64,000 nt of DNA from positions 2,149 through 66,148 of the forward strand of contig CAMTVX010000005.1 of assembly GCA_947085295.1 (NCBI GenBank). The letters are read 5' to 3'. Shown here piece after piece: positions 20,067 through 30,310 of this stretch (within the stretch, counting starts at the first letter, position 1; each line of letters opens with the position of its first letter). Made by a program: the position numbers and the translations under genes. The notes below the pieces were generated by a model, which had not been told where the DNA came from, did not search any database, and saw nothing but the letters and a program-made list of their open reading frames with translations. This DNA is from an uncultured Alphaproteobacteria bacterium. Lineage in GTDB: Bacteria; Pseudomonadota; Alphaproteobacteria; UBA11222.

Positions 20067-22097
20067 CTACTCCGGCTGTTTAAACGACACCACCACAGCG
20101 CCTTCATCCACCTGTTCGCCCGCCGCATAATTCACCTCGGCGACAACGCCGTCGGCGGGGGCTGTCAGTGTGTTTTCCATCTTCATGGCCTCAAGCACCG
20201 CCAGCGGATCGCCCTTCTTCACCGTGTCACCCGCCTTGACATGAACCGAAATCAGCTTGCCAGACATGGGTGCCACGATATCGCCACTGCCACCCTCTTC
20301 CTGTTCCGCATCATGCACCGGATCATACACATCCACGACATGCGCATGGCCCATCAACATCACCGAAATGCGCGCCCCATCTATATTCACCCCGGCAGAA
20401 ATTTTGCGTCCGTCCAGTTCCGCCGTTAATTGACCATCAGCAAGCACTGCCCGCGTATGAAGCTGACTACCCGGTAAATTCAAAATTACGCAGTCTGTCG
20501 CATATTCAACTGTGATGCTGACGTCCGCGCCATTGGACATGAACCGCAAAATCTCGCGCCCCGCCGCATTGGCGCGCCACCCATCGGTGCGGAACCAGGG
20601 CGAATAAGGATCGCCCGATCCGGCCGCCGCCCGGCATGCCCGCTGCCCGCGCACTTGCAGTACGGCCAGACTTGCCAGCGCCAGCACCGTATCGTTCGCC
20701 GCAACGCCATCACTGGCCGGAACCAGTATCGCCAGATGCCGCTCGATAAATCCCGTATCCACATCACCATCGGCAAACGCAGGGTGCACCGCAATGGCGC
20801 GCAAAAAGCTGGCATTGCCCGCCGGGCCTGCGATCTGCACCGCCTCCAGCGCCGCGCATAAGCGCTTGCGCGCCTGGGTGCGATCCACGCCATGCACAAT
20901 CAGTTTGGCGATCATCGGATCATAAAACATCGAAACTTCGTCACCTTCGCGCACGCCGGTATCAATGCGTACGCCATTTTCAGATTCAGGAAAACGCAAA
21001 TGACGCAACTTTCCGGTTGATGGCAAAAACCCGGTCGCCGGATTTTCCGCATACAGACGAACTTCAAACGCATGGCCATTCAATGGAATTTGCGACTGCA
21101 CCAATGGCAGGGTTTCCCCCATCGCCACCCGTAACTGCCACTCCACTAAATCCTGGCCTGTAATCATTTCGGTGACCGGATGCTCCACCTGCAAGCGCGT
21201 GTTCATTTCGATGAAATAGAAACTGTCCTCGCGCAAACCATTCGACGCATCGGCGATAAACTCAACCGTTCCCGCCCCCAGATAACCGATGGCCTTTGCC
21301 GCCTGCACCGCCGCCGCGCCCATTTTCTCGCGCATGGCCAGCGGCATACCGGGGGCCGGGGCTTCCTCGATCACCTTTTGATGGCGGCGCTGAATGGAAC
21401 AATCGCGCTCATATAAATGCACAGCATTGCCGTGGCTGTCGGCGAAAACCTGAATTTCAATATGGCGCGGCTTGGCCATGTAACGTTCGATCAGAACCTT
21501 GTCATCACCAAATGCCGCCTTGGATTCGCGCATGGCAGATTCAAGCGCGCCCGCAAATTCCCCCGCATGATCGACCCGGCGCATGCCGCGCCCACCGCCG
21601 CCCGCAACCGCCTTGATCAAAACCGGAAAGCCGATTTTAACGGCCTGCTCTGCCAGAAACGCCGCATCCTGATTATCACCATGATAGCCCGGCACCACCG
21701 GCACATTGGCTTTTTCCATCAGGCGTTTGGCGGCATCCTTCGCGCCCATCGCGCGCATGGCCGATGCCGGCGGCCCGACAAAGATAATTCCGGCATTCGC
21801 GCAGGCTTCCGCAAACAGTGGATTTTCTGACAGAAATCCATAGCCCGGATGAATAGCCGACGCCCCTGTGCGTTTGGCCGCCGCGATAATCACCGGAATA
21901 TTCAGATAGCTTTCCGCAGCGGGCGACGGGCCAATATGCACCGCGTCATCGGCCATCGTTACATGCAGCGCGCCCGCATCCGCATCCGAATAAACCGCTA
22001 TCGTGCGAATGCCCATGGCGCGCGCTGTACGGATTACACGGCAGGCAATCTCACCGCGATTGGCAATCAGCAGGCTGTCCAGCATCAGCTTTGCCAC
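20067..22097 (-). CDS. Methylcrotonyl-CoA-type acyl-CoA carboxylase alpha subunit (biotin carboxylase + BCCP)
   Basis: 676 aa. The N-terminal biotin carboxylase region (LIANRGEIACRVIRTARAMGIRTIAVYSD) and the C-terminal biotinyl motif EAMKME are both present. Confidence 0.85.
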   Translation of the reverse strand: MAKLMLDSLLIANRGEIACRVIRTARAMGIRTIAVYSDADAGALHVTMADDAVHIGPSPAAESYLNIPVIIAAAKRTGASAIHPGYGFLSENPLFAEACANAGIIFVGPPASAMRAMGAKDAAKRLMEKANVPVVPGYHGDNQDAAFLAEQAVKIGFPVLIKAVAGGGGRGMRRVDHAGEFAGALESAMRESKAAFGDDKVLIERYMAKPRHIEIQVFADSHGNAVHLYERDCSIQRRHQKVIEEAPAPGMPLAMREKMGAAAVQAAKAIGYLGAGTVEFIADASNGLREDSFYFIEMNTRLQVEHPVTEMITGQDLVEWQLRVAMGETLPLVQSQIPLNGHAFEVRLYAENPATGFLPSTGKLRHLRFPESENGVRIDTGVREGDEVSMFYDPMIAKLIVHGVDRTQARKRLCAALEAVQIAGPAGNASFLRAIAVHPAFADGDVDTGFIERHLAILVPASDGVAANDTVLALASLAVLQVRGQRACRAAAGSGDPYSPWFRTDGWRANAAGREILRFMSNGADVSITVEYATDCVILNLPGSQLHTRAVLADGQLTAELDGRKISAGVNIDGARISVMLMGHAHVVDVYDPVHDAEQEEGGSGDIVAPMSGKLISVHVKAGDTVKKGDPLAVLEAMKMENTLTAPADGVVAEVNYAAGEQVDEGAVVVSFKQPE

Positions 22098-22879
22098 CAG
22101 GGTTTGCGTTTGGCCAGAAACGCGCTGGTGCCTTCGCGGCCTTCATCGGTCTGGCGGATTTCGGCAATCATGTTGGCGGTATAATCGATCAACCCCTGAT
22201 CAATTTCGGCATGCGTTACACGGCGCACCAGTTCCTTGGTAATGCGCACCGCGTCCGGCGCCGTCTGGAAAAACTGCGTCACCAGACGTTCTGTTTCATC
22301 AGCCAGCGCATTGCGGTCTTTCACCACCGCATGCAGATAGCCCATGCGATAGGCCTCCTGTGCCGTAAAGCGTTCCCCGCTCAGAAAATAGCGGTGCGCC
22401 ATACGCGCGCCCATGGCTCGAACTACATAAGGCGAGATGGTGGCGGGCGTCAGCCCGATGCGCACTTCCGTCAGTGCAAAGAATACATTCTCACTGGCAA
22501 TCGCCACGTCACAGGCCGACACCAGCCCCATGCCACCCGCAAGTGCCGGACCATGAACAACAGCAATCGTCGGCTTGGGCAACGTGTACAGACGATTTAA
22601 CATCTTGCCCAGTTCCGCCGCTTCGGCCTGATTGGTCGCCTTGTCATATTCCGCCGCCGCGCGCATCCAGGATAAATCGGCGCCCGCTGAAAAACTTGGT
22701 CCATTGCCTTCCAGCAACACCACCCGCACCCCATCGGCCCCGCGCAGGGTTTCAAAAATATCCGACAGGCGCTCAATCACATCAGGGTTAAAGGCATTAT
22801 GCACATCGGGACGGTTTAGCGTCACCACCGCCACGCCTTCACGGGTGGTGTTTAGCAATACGACATCTTCTTCGGACAT
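22085..22879 (-). CDS. Enoyl-CoA hydratase/isomerase family (methylglutaconyl-CoA hydratase-like)
   Basis: 264 aa with the crotonase fold (VVTLNRPDVHNAFN...). Confidence 0.8.
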   Translation of the reverse strand: MSEEDVVLLNTTREGVAVVTLNRPDVHNAFNPDVIERLSDIFETLRGADGVRVVLLEGNGPSFSAGADLSWMRAAAEYDKATNQAEAAELGKMLNRLYTLPKPTIAVVHGPALAGGMGLVSACDVAIASENVFFALTEVRIGLTPATISPYVVRAMGARMAHRYFLSGERFTAQEAYRMGYLHAVVKDRNALADETERLVTQFFQTAPDAVRITKELVRRVTHAEIDQGLIDYTANMIAEIRQTDEGREGTSAFLAKRKPWWQS

Positions 22880-22937
22880 TTTATTCTCTCCTGGAGGGCG
22901 TTGCGTTTTTATCGAACCCTAAAAAATCATTTTCCCG

Positions 22938-23032
22938 TCACCCCACCCCAACCCCTCCCCATAAAGGGGAGGGGCTTACCGCCGGGATATAATCTTCTCC
23001 CTCCCCCTCGTGGGGAGGGCCGGGGTGGGGGG
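22938..23032. repeat. G/C-rich nested palindromic repeat, family 2, copy A (intercistronic between the mccB and hydratase genes)
   Basis: CCCCACCCCAACCCCTCCCCATAAAGGGGAGGGGCTTACC...CTCCCTCCCCCTCGTGGGGAGGGCCGGGGTGGGGGG. A second copy lies at 55074-55206. Confidence 0.75.
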
Positions 23033-23089
23033 CAAAGAATAAAAAGCTTCCTTCACTAAAACCCCACCCTCATATTCTATTCTTCCGCG

Positions 23090-24697
23090 TTACATCCGGA
23101 ATATGCCGAATTTCGTGTCGCGCTGCGGCGCATTTTGCGTAATCGACAGGCTTAGTCCCAGCACCATACGTGTATCCTGCGGCGCAATAATGCCATCATC
23201 CCACAATCGCGCGGTGGCGTAATAGGGATGTCCTTCTTCTTCATAACGCGCGCGCACCGGCGCCTTGAATTCGGCCTCTTCCTCCGCGCTCCAGCTTTGT
23301 CCGGCGGCTTCCATACCCTCACGCCGCACTGTCGCCAGCACGCTTGCCGCCTGCTCGCCGCCCATTACCGAGATGCGCGCATTGGGCCACATATACAAAA
23401 AGCGCGGGCGATAGGCGCGACCACACATGCCATAATTCCCCGCACCGTACGATCCGCCAATCACCACCGTAAATTTTGGCACGGCGGCGGTGGCAACAGC
23501 CGTCACCAGTTTCGCGCCATCCTTGGCGATGCCGCCTGCTTCATATTTGCGGCCCACCATGAAGCCGGAAATATTCTGCAAAAATACCAGCGGAATATTT
23601 CTCTGTGCGCACAGTTCAATAAAATGCGCGCCCTTCACTGCGGATTCCGAAAACAGAATGCCGTTATTGGCCAGAATGCCCACCGGATAGCCATGAATAT
23701 GCGCAAAGCCGGTAATCAAAGTCGTGCCGTACAGCTTTTTGAATTCGTCAAACTCGCTGCCATCCACAATGCGCGCAATCACTTCGCGCACATCATATTG
23801 CGCCTGTGCATTGGCGGGAATAACACCGTTCAGTTCCGCTGGATCAAAAGCCGGTTCGCGCGGCGGCTGCACCGCCAGCCTCGCCTGTTTGTGGCGATTG
23901 AGATTGCCGACAATCCGACGCGCCAGCGACAGCGCATGCATGTCATTCATGGCGTAATGATCGGTCACGCCGCTGATGCGCGAATGCACATCCGCGCCGC
24001 CCAGATCTTCTGCCGAAACAATTTCACCGGTCGCCGCCTTCACCAGCGGCGGCCCACCCAGAAAAATCGTGCCCTGATTGCGCACGATAATGCTTTCATC
24101 GCTCATTGCCGGGACATAGGCGCCGCCCGCCGTGCACGACCCCATCACCACGGCAATCTGTGGAATGCCGATCGCCGACATATTGGCCTGATTATAAAAT
24201 ATCTGCCCGAAATGATTGCGGTCAGGAAAAATTTCCGCCTGATTGGGCAGGTTCGCCCCACCGCTATCCACCAGATAAATGCACGGCAGATGGTTTTCCA
24301 TCGCCACTTCCTGGGCGCGCAAATGTTTCTTCACCGTGATCGGATAATAGGTGCCGCCCTTGATCGTGGCGTCATTGCAGACAATCACGCATTCCTGCCC
24401 GGCCACGCGGCCAACACCGGTTAGAATGCCCGCGCCGTGAATATCGTCGTCATACATGCCATAGGCGGCAAGCTGGCTGAATTCCAGAAATGGCGCACCC
24501 GGATCAATCAGATTTTCAATCCGGTCACGCGGCAGCAGCTTGCCGCGCGCCACATGGCGTTCACGCGATTTCGCATTGCCGCCAAGCGACGTGACCGCCA
24601 CCTTGGTGCGCAAATCCGCCACCAGCGCCTCCATATGCGCGGCGTTTTTCTTGAACGCTTCGCCGCGCGTATTAATAATACTGGAAAGCACGGCCAT
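23090..24697 (-). CDS. Methylcrotonyl-CoA-type carboxylase beta subunit (carboxyltransferase)
   Basis: 535 aa. The N-terminal region ([30 protein letters not shown]...[27 protein letters not shown]) has the pattern of MccB/LiuB-type carboxyltransferases. Confidence 0.85.
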   Translation of the reverse strand: MAVLSSIINTRGEAFKKNAAHMEALVADLRTKVAVTSLGGNAKSRERHVARGKLLPRDRIENLIDPGAPFLEFSQLAAYGMYDDDIHGAGILTGVGRVAGQECVIVCNDATIKGGTYYPITVKKHLRAQEVAMENHLPCIYLVDSGGANLPNQAEIFPDRNHFGQIFYNQANMSAIGIPQIAVVMGSCTAGGAYVPAMSDESIIVRNQGTIFLGGPPLVKAATGEIVSAEDLGGADVHSRISGVTDHYAMNDMHALSLARRIVGNLNRHKQARLAVQPPREPAFDPAELNGVIPANAQAQYDVREVIARIVDGSEFDEFKKLYGTTLITGFAHIHGYPVGILANNGILFSESAVKGAHFIELCAQRNIPLVFLQNISGFMVGRKYEAGGIAKDGAKLVTAVATAAVPKFTVVIGGSYGAGNYGMCGRAYRPRFLYMWPNARISVMGGEQAASVLATVRREGMEAAGQSWSAEEEAEFKAPVRARYEEEGHPYYATARLWDDGIIAPQDTRMVLGLSLSITQNAPQRDTKFGIFRM

Positions 24698-24700
24698 CGG

Positions 24701-25906
24701 TTAATTCAAACGCTCGATCGCCACCGCAGTCGCTTCGCCACCGCCAATGCACAGCGCCGCAACACCGCGCGTTTTGTTATATTGCTTCAACGCCGACAGC
24801 AACGTGATGATGATGCGCGAACCGCTCGATCCCACCGGATGGCCCAACGCACACGCCCCGCCATGCACATTGACTTTCGAATGCGGAATATCCAGCTCTC
24901 GCATTGCCGCCAGTGGCACTACGGCAAAGGCCTCGTTAATCTCGAACAGATCAACATCGTCAATCTTCCAGCCGGTGCGCTTCATCAATTCTTCAATCGC
25001 ACCGATAGGCGCGGTGGTGAACCATTCCGGCGCGCGCGCATGGCTGGCATGCCCGACAATCCGCGCCAGCGGTTTCAGGCCGCGCGCCTCTGCCGTCGAT
25101 TGCCGCATCAGCACAAGCGCCGACGCGCCATCGGAAATGGAACTGGAATTCGCCGCCGTCACCGATCCATTCGCTGCAAAAGCCGGTTTCAGACCCGGAA
25201 TTTTCGACACATCCGCCTTGCCCGGCTGTTCGTCAGTGTCGATCACCCGTGCGCCACCACGGCCCTTTATCGTTACCGGCACGATCTCACTCTTGAAACT
25301 GCCATCATTAATCGCCTTGTTGGCGCGTTTCAGGCTTTCAATCGCATAGGCGTCCATCACCTCGCGGGTGAACTGCAATTCGCGCGCGGTGTCCTCGGCG
25401 AAGGCACCCATCAGCCGCCCGTCATCGGCATTTTCCAGCCCGTCATAAAACATCGAATCTTTCACTTCGCCGTGGCCCATGCGCATCCCGGCCCGTACTT
25501 TCGGTAGAATATACGGCACATTGGTCATGCTCTCCATGCCGCCCGCAACCGCAATACCATCGTCACCCAGGCCGCCAGACAGCAACCCGTCATAGGCCTG
25601 CATCACCGTCTTCATGCCGGAGCCGCACATTTTATTGACCGTGGTGCACGGGGCCGAATCCGGAATACCCGCGCCGCGCGACGCCTGCCGCGCCGGGGCC
25701 TGTTTCAGCCCATGTGGCAACACGCAGCCCATCAGCACTTCGTTAACATCGGCACCGGTAACGCCCGCGCGTTCCAGCGCCGCCCGGATCGCCGTGCTGC
25801 CCAGTTCCGGCGCGGTGGCGTCCGACAGATCGCCCTGAAAGCCCCCCATCGGGGTGCGGGCCATGCCGACAATAACGATAGGATCTGTGGTGCTGGTGCT
25901 GGGCAT
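24701..25906 (-). CDS. Acetyl-CoA C-acyltransferase (thiolase)
   Basis: The thiolase N-terminal motif PIVIVGMARTPMGGFQG and the active-site cysteine region NKMCGSGMK are both present. I chose the start at ATG 25906 (GGGAGA SD) over the track's 26125. Confidence 0.8.
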   Translation of the reverse strand: MPSTSTTDPIVIVGMARTPMGGFQGDLSDATAPELGSTAIRAALERAGVTGADVNEVLMGCVLPHGLKQAPARQASRGAGIPDSAPCTTVNKMCGSGMKTVMQAYDGLLSGGLGDDGIAVAGGMESMTNVPYILPKVRAGMRMGHGEVKDSMFYDGLENADDGRLMGAFAEDTARELQFTREVMDAYAIESLKRANKAINDGSFKSEIVPVTIKGRGGARVIDTDEQPGKADVSKIPGLKPAFAANGSVTAANSSSISDGASALVLMRQSTAEARGLKPLARIVGHASHARAPEWFTTAPIGAIEELMKRTGWKIDDVDLFEINEAFAVVPLAAMRELDIPHSKVNVHGGACALGHPVGSSGSRIIITLLSALKQYNKTRGVAALCIGGGEATAVAIERLN

Positions 25907-26042
25907 GGGTGTCTCCCTGAAAAAGGTTTCTTGGTCTGCCGCCATAATAGCGCAACCTTGCGGCTTGTGCGAGCCGACTTTATCGGGATAGTCATGGCGC
26001 AATGATAATAATTTATATGAATAACCCCCCCGGCCCCAGCCC

Positions 26043-26933
26043 ATGCCCATAAACCGCCCGCTCAGCGACTGGATGATGCTGTTCACCCTGGTAGTGACCT
26101 GGGGATCGGCGTTCGCCCTCAACAAGATCGCCCTTCAGTCGATGCCGCCCCTGATCATGGTGGCGGGCCGTCTCGTTGTGGCCGCACTGGTCCTGCTGGC
26201 AGTCAGTGGCTGGCAAAGGCATTCCCTATGGCTGCCCTGGCGGCGATGGGGGTTTTTTATCCTGCTTGCTGTGGTTGGGAATTGCATCCCGTTCTTTTTA
26301 ATTAGCTGGGGGCAACTCAGTGTGGACAGCGCGCTTGCGGGCATCCTCATGGCGGTAATCCCGCTGCTAACATTGCTGTTGGCGCATCTGGCGCATCACA
26401 CCGAGCGCATCACACTCTATAAACTTACTGGATTCGTAATCGGCTTTGGCGGCATTGTGCTGCTGGTCGGACCAGAGGCCCTGCGCAATCTTGGCGGCGC
26501 AAGCTTTATCGCGCAACTCGCCATACTTGGCGGGGCCACCTGCTACGCCATCAATGTGGTGATCACGCCATTTAATCGCGTCAGCAACACGATGGTCACC
26601 ACAACCGCCACCATTCTGATCGCCGCAATCATCATGCTGCCTCTGGCGCTGTCGCAACACCCGCCCGCCAGCCTAAGCCTTACCCTTGAGTCTGTTCTCG
26701 TGGTGAGTGTGCTTGGGGTGTTTGGCACAGCATTGCCGACACTGATTTTCTTTCGCCTGGTCGCCAGCGCCGGGCCAACCTTTTACGCCCTGATCAATTA
26801 CATGATCCCTGTCTGGGCGGTCATCATCGGCGCACTGTTCCTGCACGAACGCCCGGAATGGAACGCCTACGCCGCACTTGCGCTAATCCTATGCGGAATC
26901 GGCGTCAGCCAGATGATGCGCAGGGCGGATTAA
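26043..26933 (+). CDS. DMT superfamily transporter (EamA-like, two EamA repeats)
   Basis: 296 aa with 10 predicted TM helices. Confidence 0.7.
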   Translation: MPINRPLSDWMMLFTLVVTWGSAFALNKIALQSMPPLIMVAGRLVVAALVLLAVSGWQRHSLWLPWRRWGFFILLAVVGNCIPFFLISWGQLSVDSALAGILMAVIPLLTLLLAHLAHHTERITLYKLTGFVIGFGGIVLLVGPEALRNLGGASFIAQLAILGGATCYAINVVITPFNRVSNTMVTTTATILIAAIIMLPLALSQHPPASLSLTLESVLVVSVLGVFGTALPTLIFFRLVASAGPTFYALINYMIPVWAVIIGALFLHERPEWNAYAALALILCGIGVSQMMRRAD

Positions 26934-26959
26934 AGCGGGATTGTTTACACTCTCTCAGT

Positions 26960-27082
26960 GTCATTGCGCGCGAAGCGTGGCAATCCACCAAGCCTTCGCC
27001 AGAAGGCTACGGCTGGCAAAGGAGTCACACGGATAGGCCTTCGCGTACGGCTCTGGATCGCCACGCTTCGCTCGCGATGACG
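26960..27082. repeat. Nested palindromic intergenic repeat, family 1, copy 2 (123 bp, with the 43-bp insert)
   Basis: GTCATTGCGCGCGAAGCGTGGCAATCC + shared insert ... GGATCGCCACGCTTCGCTCGCGATGACG. Confidence 0.8.
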
Positions 27083-27125
27083 ATAAAGGATATGACTGCA
27101 TCTAAAAAAACACCACGCCATAAAC

Positions 27126-27941
27126 TTATAAAAATATTTTCCCCTGCATATACAATGCACAATCGCCGCGCAAAATAACCCGCTCTCCCGCATCGGTACA
27201 GTACAGCCACCCGCCGCGCGACGATGCCTGATAGGCCGTAATATCCGCCCGCCCCAGCCGCTTGGCCCAGTATGGAATGAGCTGCGAATGCGCGCTGCCC
27301 GTTACAGGATCCTCGGGAACGCCAATTGCAGGCGCAAAAAACCTGGAAATTACATCATAGTCAGTACGCGCATTAGCGGGCGCGGTTACAACAAGCCCAT
27401 CACAAAGTTTGGCAACAGCCGCCAGGTCCGGTGTCAGATGGCGAACCACATCCTCGCGATCAAACACCGCCATCAGATAGGGACCATTAAAATTCGCGCT
27501 CAGAAATTCCGCTGGTTGCGCACCCAGCGCTTCAACTAATCCCGCAGGGGCCGCACACGCAACACTTCTCGCGGCCGGTAATGACATCGCCAGGCGCGCG
27601 GGAACCGTATCCCGCCATACTTCCAATGGGCCACTCAACGTATGAAACACCACACGGTCATCTGTTGGCTTTAGCAGATTCAGCACAACATATCCTGAAG
27701 CCAGCGTCGCATGGCCGCAAAGTTTTACCTCGACCTTTGGTGTAAACCACCGCAGACGATAGCCATCGCCTTCCGGTACAAAAAAAGCGGTCTCCGCAAG
27801 ATTGTTTTCGGCCGCAATGGATTGCATCACCGCATCATCCAGCCATTCTGTCAGCGGACAGACCGCCGCCGGATTACCCGCGAACAGATCGCTTGTAAAA
27901 GCGTCAAGCTGATAAATCGGAATTTCAATCTGCGTCATCAT
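27126..27941 (-). CDS. PhzF family phenazine-biosynthesis-like isomerase
   Basis: 271 aa (IPIYQLDAFTSDLFAGNPAAVCPL...), PhzF/DAP-epimerase-like fold. Confidence 0.75.
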   Translation of the reverse strand: MMTQIEIPIYQLDAFTSDLFAGNPAAVCPLTEWLDDAVMQSIAAENNLAETAFFVPEGDGYRLRWFTPKVEVKLCGHATLASGYVVLNLLKPTDDRVVFHTLSGPLEVWRDTVPARLAMSLPAARSVACAAPAGLVEALGAQPAEFLSANFNGPYLMAVFDREDVVRHLTPDLAAVAKLCDGLVVTAPANARTDYDVISRFFAPAIGVPEDPVTGSAHSQLIPYWAKRLGRADITAYQASSRGGWLYCTDAGERVILRGDCALYMQGKIFL

Positions 27942-28740
27942 CTCTCACCGTGTGTCCATGATTTAGCGGCCCCTGCCCCGCGCCAAATCCCGGCGCGGTG
28001 CGTATCGCCTCATGCACATAGGCCCGCGCACGGCGCACGGCATCCGTCAGCCCTATGCCCTGCGCCAGACCCGTGGCAATCGCTGACGCCAGCGTGCAGC
28101 CCGTGCCATGCGTGTGTTTTGTATCAATCCGTACACTGCTCATTATCTCAACACCCCGCGCTGTAAACAGAATGTCCTGCACCTGCGGGCCTGTCATATG
28201 CCCCCCCTTGAGCAACACCGCCTTCGCGCCCAGCGTCAGCAGCGCCAGCCCTGCCCGTTGCATAGTCTCAATATCCGAAATAATCATGCCTGATAAAACT
28301 TCGGCTTCGGGAATATTCGGCGTCAGCAGCACAGCGCCCGGGATCAGCCGCGTCTTTAGCGCCGCTACCGCGTCTTCATCCATCAGCTTTGCTCCGCTCG
28401 TCGCCACCATTACCGGATCAACCACGCGCGGAATATGCGGCCCCAAAGCCGTTAGCCGGTCAAACACAGTCTCGATAATATCGCTACTGGCCAGCATGCC
28501 GGTCTTGATGCAATCCGCGCCAATATCTTCCAGCACCGCATTCATCTGATCGCGGATTATATCAACCGGAACAGCATGAATAGCCCGCACCCCAAGCGTG
28601 TTTTGCGCCGTGACCGCAGTAATCACCGTCGCGGCATACCCGCCCAATGCCGTAATCGTCTTGATGTCCGCCTGAATGCCCGCGCCACCACCAGAGTCTG
28701 ATCCGGCAATGCTCAGTACACGTCCTTTATATACGGTCAT
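27925..28740 (-). CDS. thiD: Hydroxymethylpyrimidine/phosphomethylpyrimidine kinase
   Basis: Carries the ribokinase-like ThiD motifs (VLSIAGSDSGGGAGIQADIKT). I chose the start at ATG 28740 (MTVYKG); the track ORF's extra 19 N-terminal codons are read through repeat copy 3. Confidence 0.8.
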   Translation of the reverse strand: MTVYKGRVLSIAGSDSGGGAGIQADIKTITALGGYAATVITAVTAQNTLGVRAIHAVPVDIIRDQMNAVLEDIGADCIKTGMLASSDIIETVFDRLTALGPHIPRVVDPVMVATSGAKLMDEDAVAALKTRLIPGAVLLTPNIPEAEVLSGMIISDIETMQRAGLALLTLGAKAVLLKGGHMTGPQVQDILFTARGVEIMSSVRIDTKHTHGTGCTLASAIATGLAQGIGLTDAVRRARAYVHEAIRTAPGFGAGQGPLNHGHTVRDDDAD

Positions 28741-28766
28741 AATATAATGGACCCATTTTCCTCCGA

Positions 28767-28862
28767 CGTCATTGCGAGGAGCGAAGCGACGCGGCAATCC
28801 AGAGTCTCACGCAAAGGCCTGAGTTTGTGACTCTGGATTGCCGCGCTTCGCTCGCAATGACG
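28767..28862. repeat. Nested palindromic intergenic repeat, family 1, copy 3 (96 bp, no insert, core in inverted orientation)
   Basis: CGTCATTGCGAGGAGCGAAGCGACGCGGCAATCCAGAGTC...GACTCTGGATTGCCGCGCTTCGCTCGCAATGACG. Confidence 0.8.
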
Positions 28863-28911
28863 ATTAAGGATATGAACAGACCTATAATCACCATGCGCTA
28901 GTATAACATCT

Positions 28912-30255
28912 TCAGATCACGGCTTCGAGTGCTACGACAATCTGCCCGACCACCGCGTGCACCAGCGCTTCGTCTTCACCCTCGGCCATAACGCGGATCA
29001 GCGGCTCGGTGCCGGATTTGCGGATCACCACCCGGCCCTTTTTGCCAAGCTGCGCCTCGCCATCGGAGATCGCCTGTTTGACATCCTTATGCGCCAGCGG
29101 TTCACCGCTTTTATACCGCACATTTTTCAGCAGTTGCGGCGCGGGATCAAACAACCGCAACGCCTCACTGACCGGTTTATTCATTTCACGCAACACCGAC
29201 AGTACCTGCAACGCGCTGATCAACCCATCACCCGTCGTTGAATAATCACTCATAATAATATGGCCGGATTGCTCACCGCCAAGATTGTACCCGTCGCTGC
29301 GCATTTTCTCGACCACATACCGATCGCCTACCTGCGTGCGCAACAATTCAAGTCCGCGATCCTGGAAAAACCGCTCCAGCCCCAGATTGGCCATGATGGT
29401 GCCGACCACGCCCTTGGCGCTCAACCGTCCCGTTCGATGCCAGTAATCACCGATCAGCGCCATGATCTGATCGCCGTCCACCACCTGCCCCTTTTCATCG
29501 CAGATCAGCACACGGTCCGCATCGCCATCCAGCGCGATGCCAATATCGGCGCGCACTTCCAAAACTTTCTTTGACAGTTTGGTTAAATCGGTTGAGCCGC
29601 ATTCACGGTTGATATTAAACCCGTCCGGCTCCACGCCCACCGTAATCACGTCTGCGCCCAGTTCCCACAGCACGGTCGGCGCAACCTTATAGGCGGCGCC
29701 ATTGGCGCAATCGATAACCACCCGCATGCCATCAAAATGCATGGTGCGCGGAATGGTGCTTTTGGCAAATTCAATATAGCGCGCCCCCGCATCTTCAAGG
29801 CGCAACGCGCGGCCAAGTTTTGCCGGTTCCGCCAGATGCTGGTCAATGCCATTTTCCATCATCGCTTCGATTTCCAGCTCGGTCTCATCGCTCAGCTTGT
29901 ATCCGTCCGGGCCGAATATCTTGATGCCATTATCCTGATACGCATTATGGCTGGCGGAAATCATCACGCCAATATCCGCGCGCATCGAACGGGTCAGCAT
30001 CGCCACCGCCGGGGTCGGCACCGGGCCAAGCAGCACCACATCCATGCCGGCCGAAATAAATCCCGCCGTCAGTGCAGGCTCCACCATATAACCCGACAGG
30101 CGCGTATCCTTGCCGATGATAACCTTGTGGCGGTGCGCGCCGCGCGTAAAAATGCTGCCCGCCGCAATACCAACGCGCAATGCAATATCGGCGGTCATGG
30201 GTGGACGATTGGCAGTACCGCGAATACCATCCGTGCCAAAATATTTTCTGCTCAT
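28912..30255 (-). CDS. glmM: Phosphoglucosamine mutase
   Basis: 447 aa; the N-terminal motif [12 protein letters not shown] matches the phosphohexomutase family. Confidence 0.9.
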   Translation of the reverse strand: MSRKYFGTDGIRGTANRPPMTADIALRVGIAAGSIFTRGAHRHKVIIGKDTRLSGYMVEPALTAGFISAGMDVVLLGPVPTPAVAMLTRSMRADIGVMISASHNAYQDNGIKIFGPDGYKLSDETELEIEAMMENGIDQHLAEPAKLGRALRLEDAGARYIEFAKSTIPRTMHFDGMRVVIDCANGAAYKVAPTVLWELGADVITVGVEPDGFNINRECGSTDLTKLSKKVLEVRADIGIALDGDADRVLICDEKGQVVDGDQIMALIGDYWHRTGRLSAKGVVGTIMANLGLERFFQDRGLELLRTQVGDRYVVEKMRSDGYNLGGEQSGHIIMSDYSTTGDGLISALQVLSVLREMNKPVSEALRLFDPAPQLLKNVRYKSGEPLAHKDVKQAISDGEAQLGKKGRVVIRKSGTEPLIRVMAEGEDEALVHAVVGQIVVALEAVI

Positions 30256-30310
30256 AGGCCCTCACAATTCATGATCCAGCGAAGCATAGCCGTAAACTGC
30301 TAACACCGCT

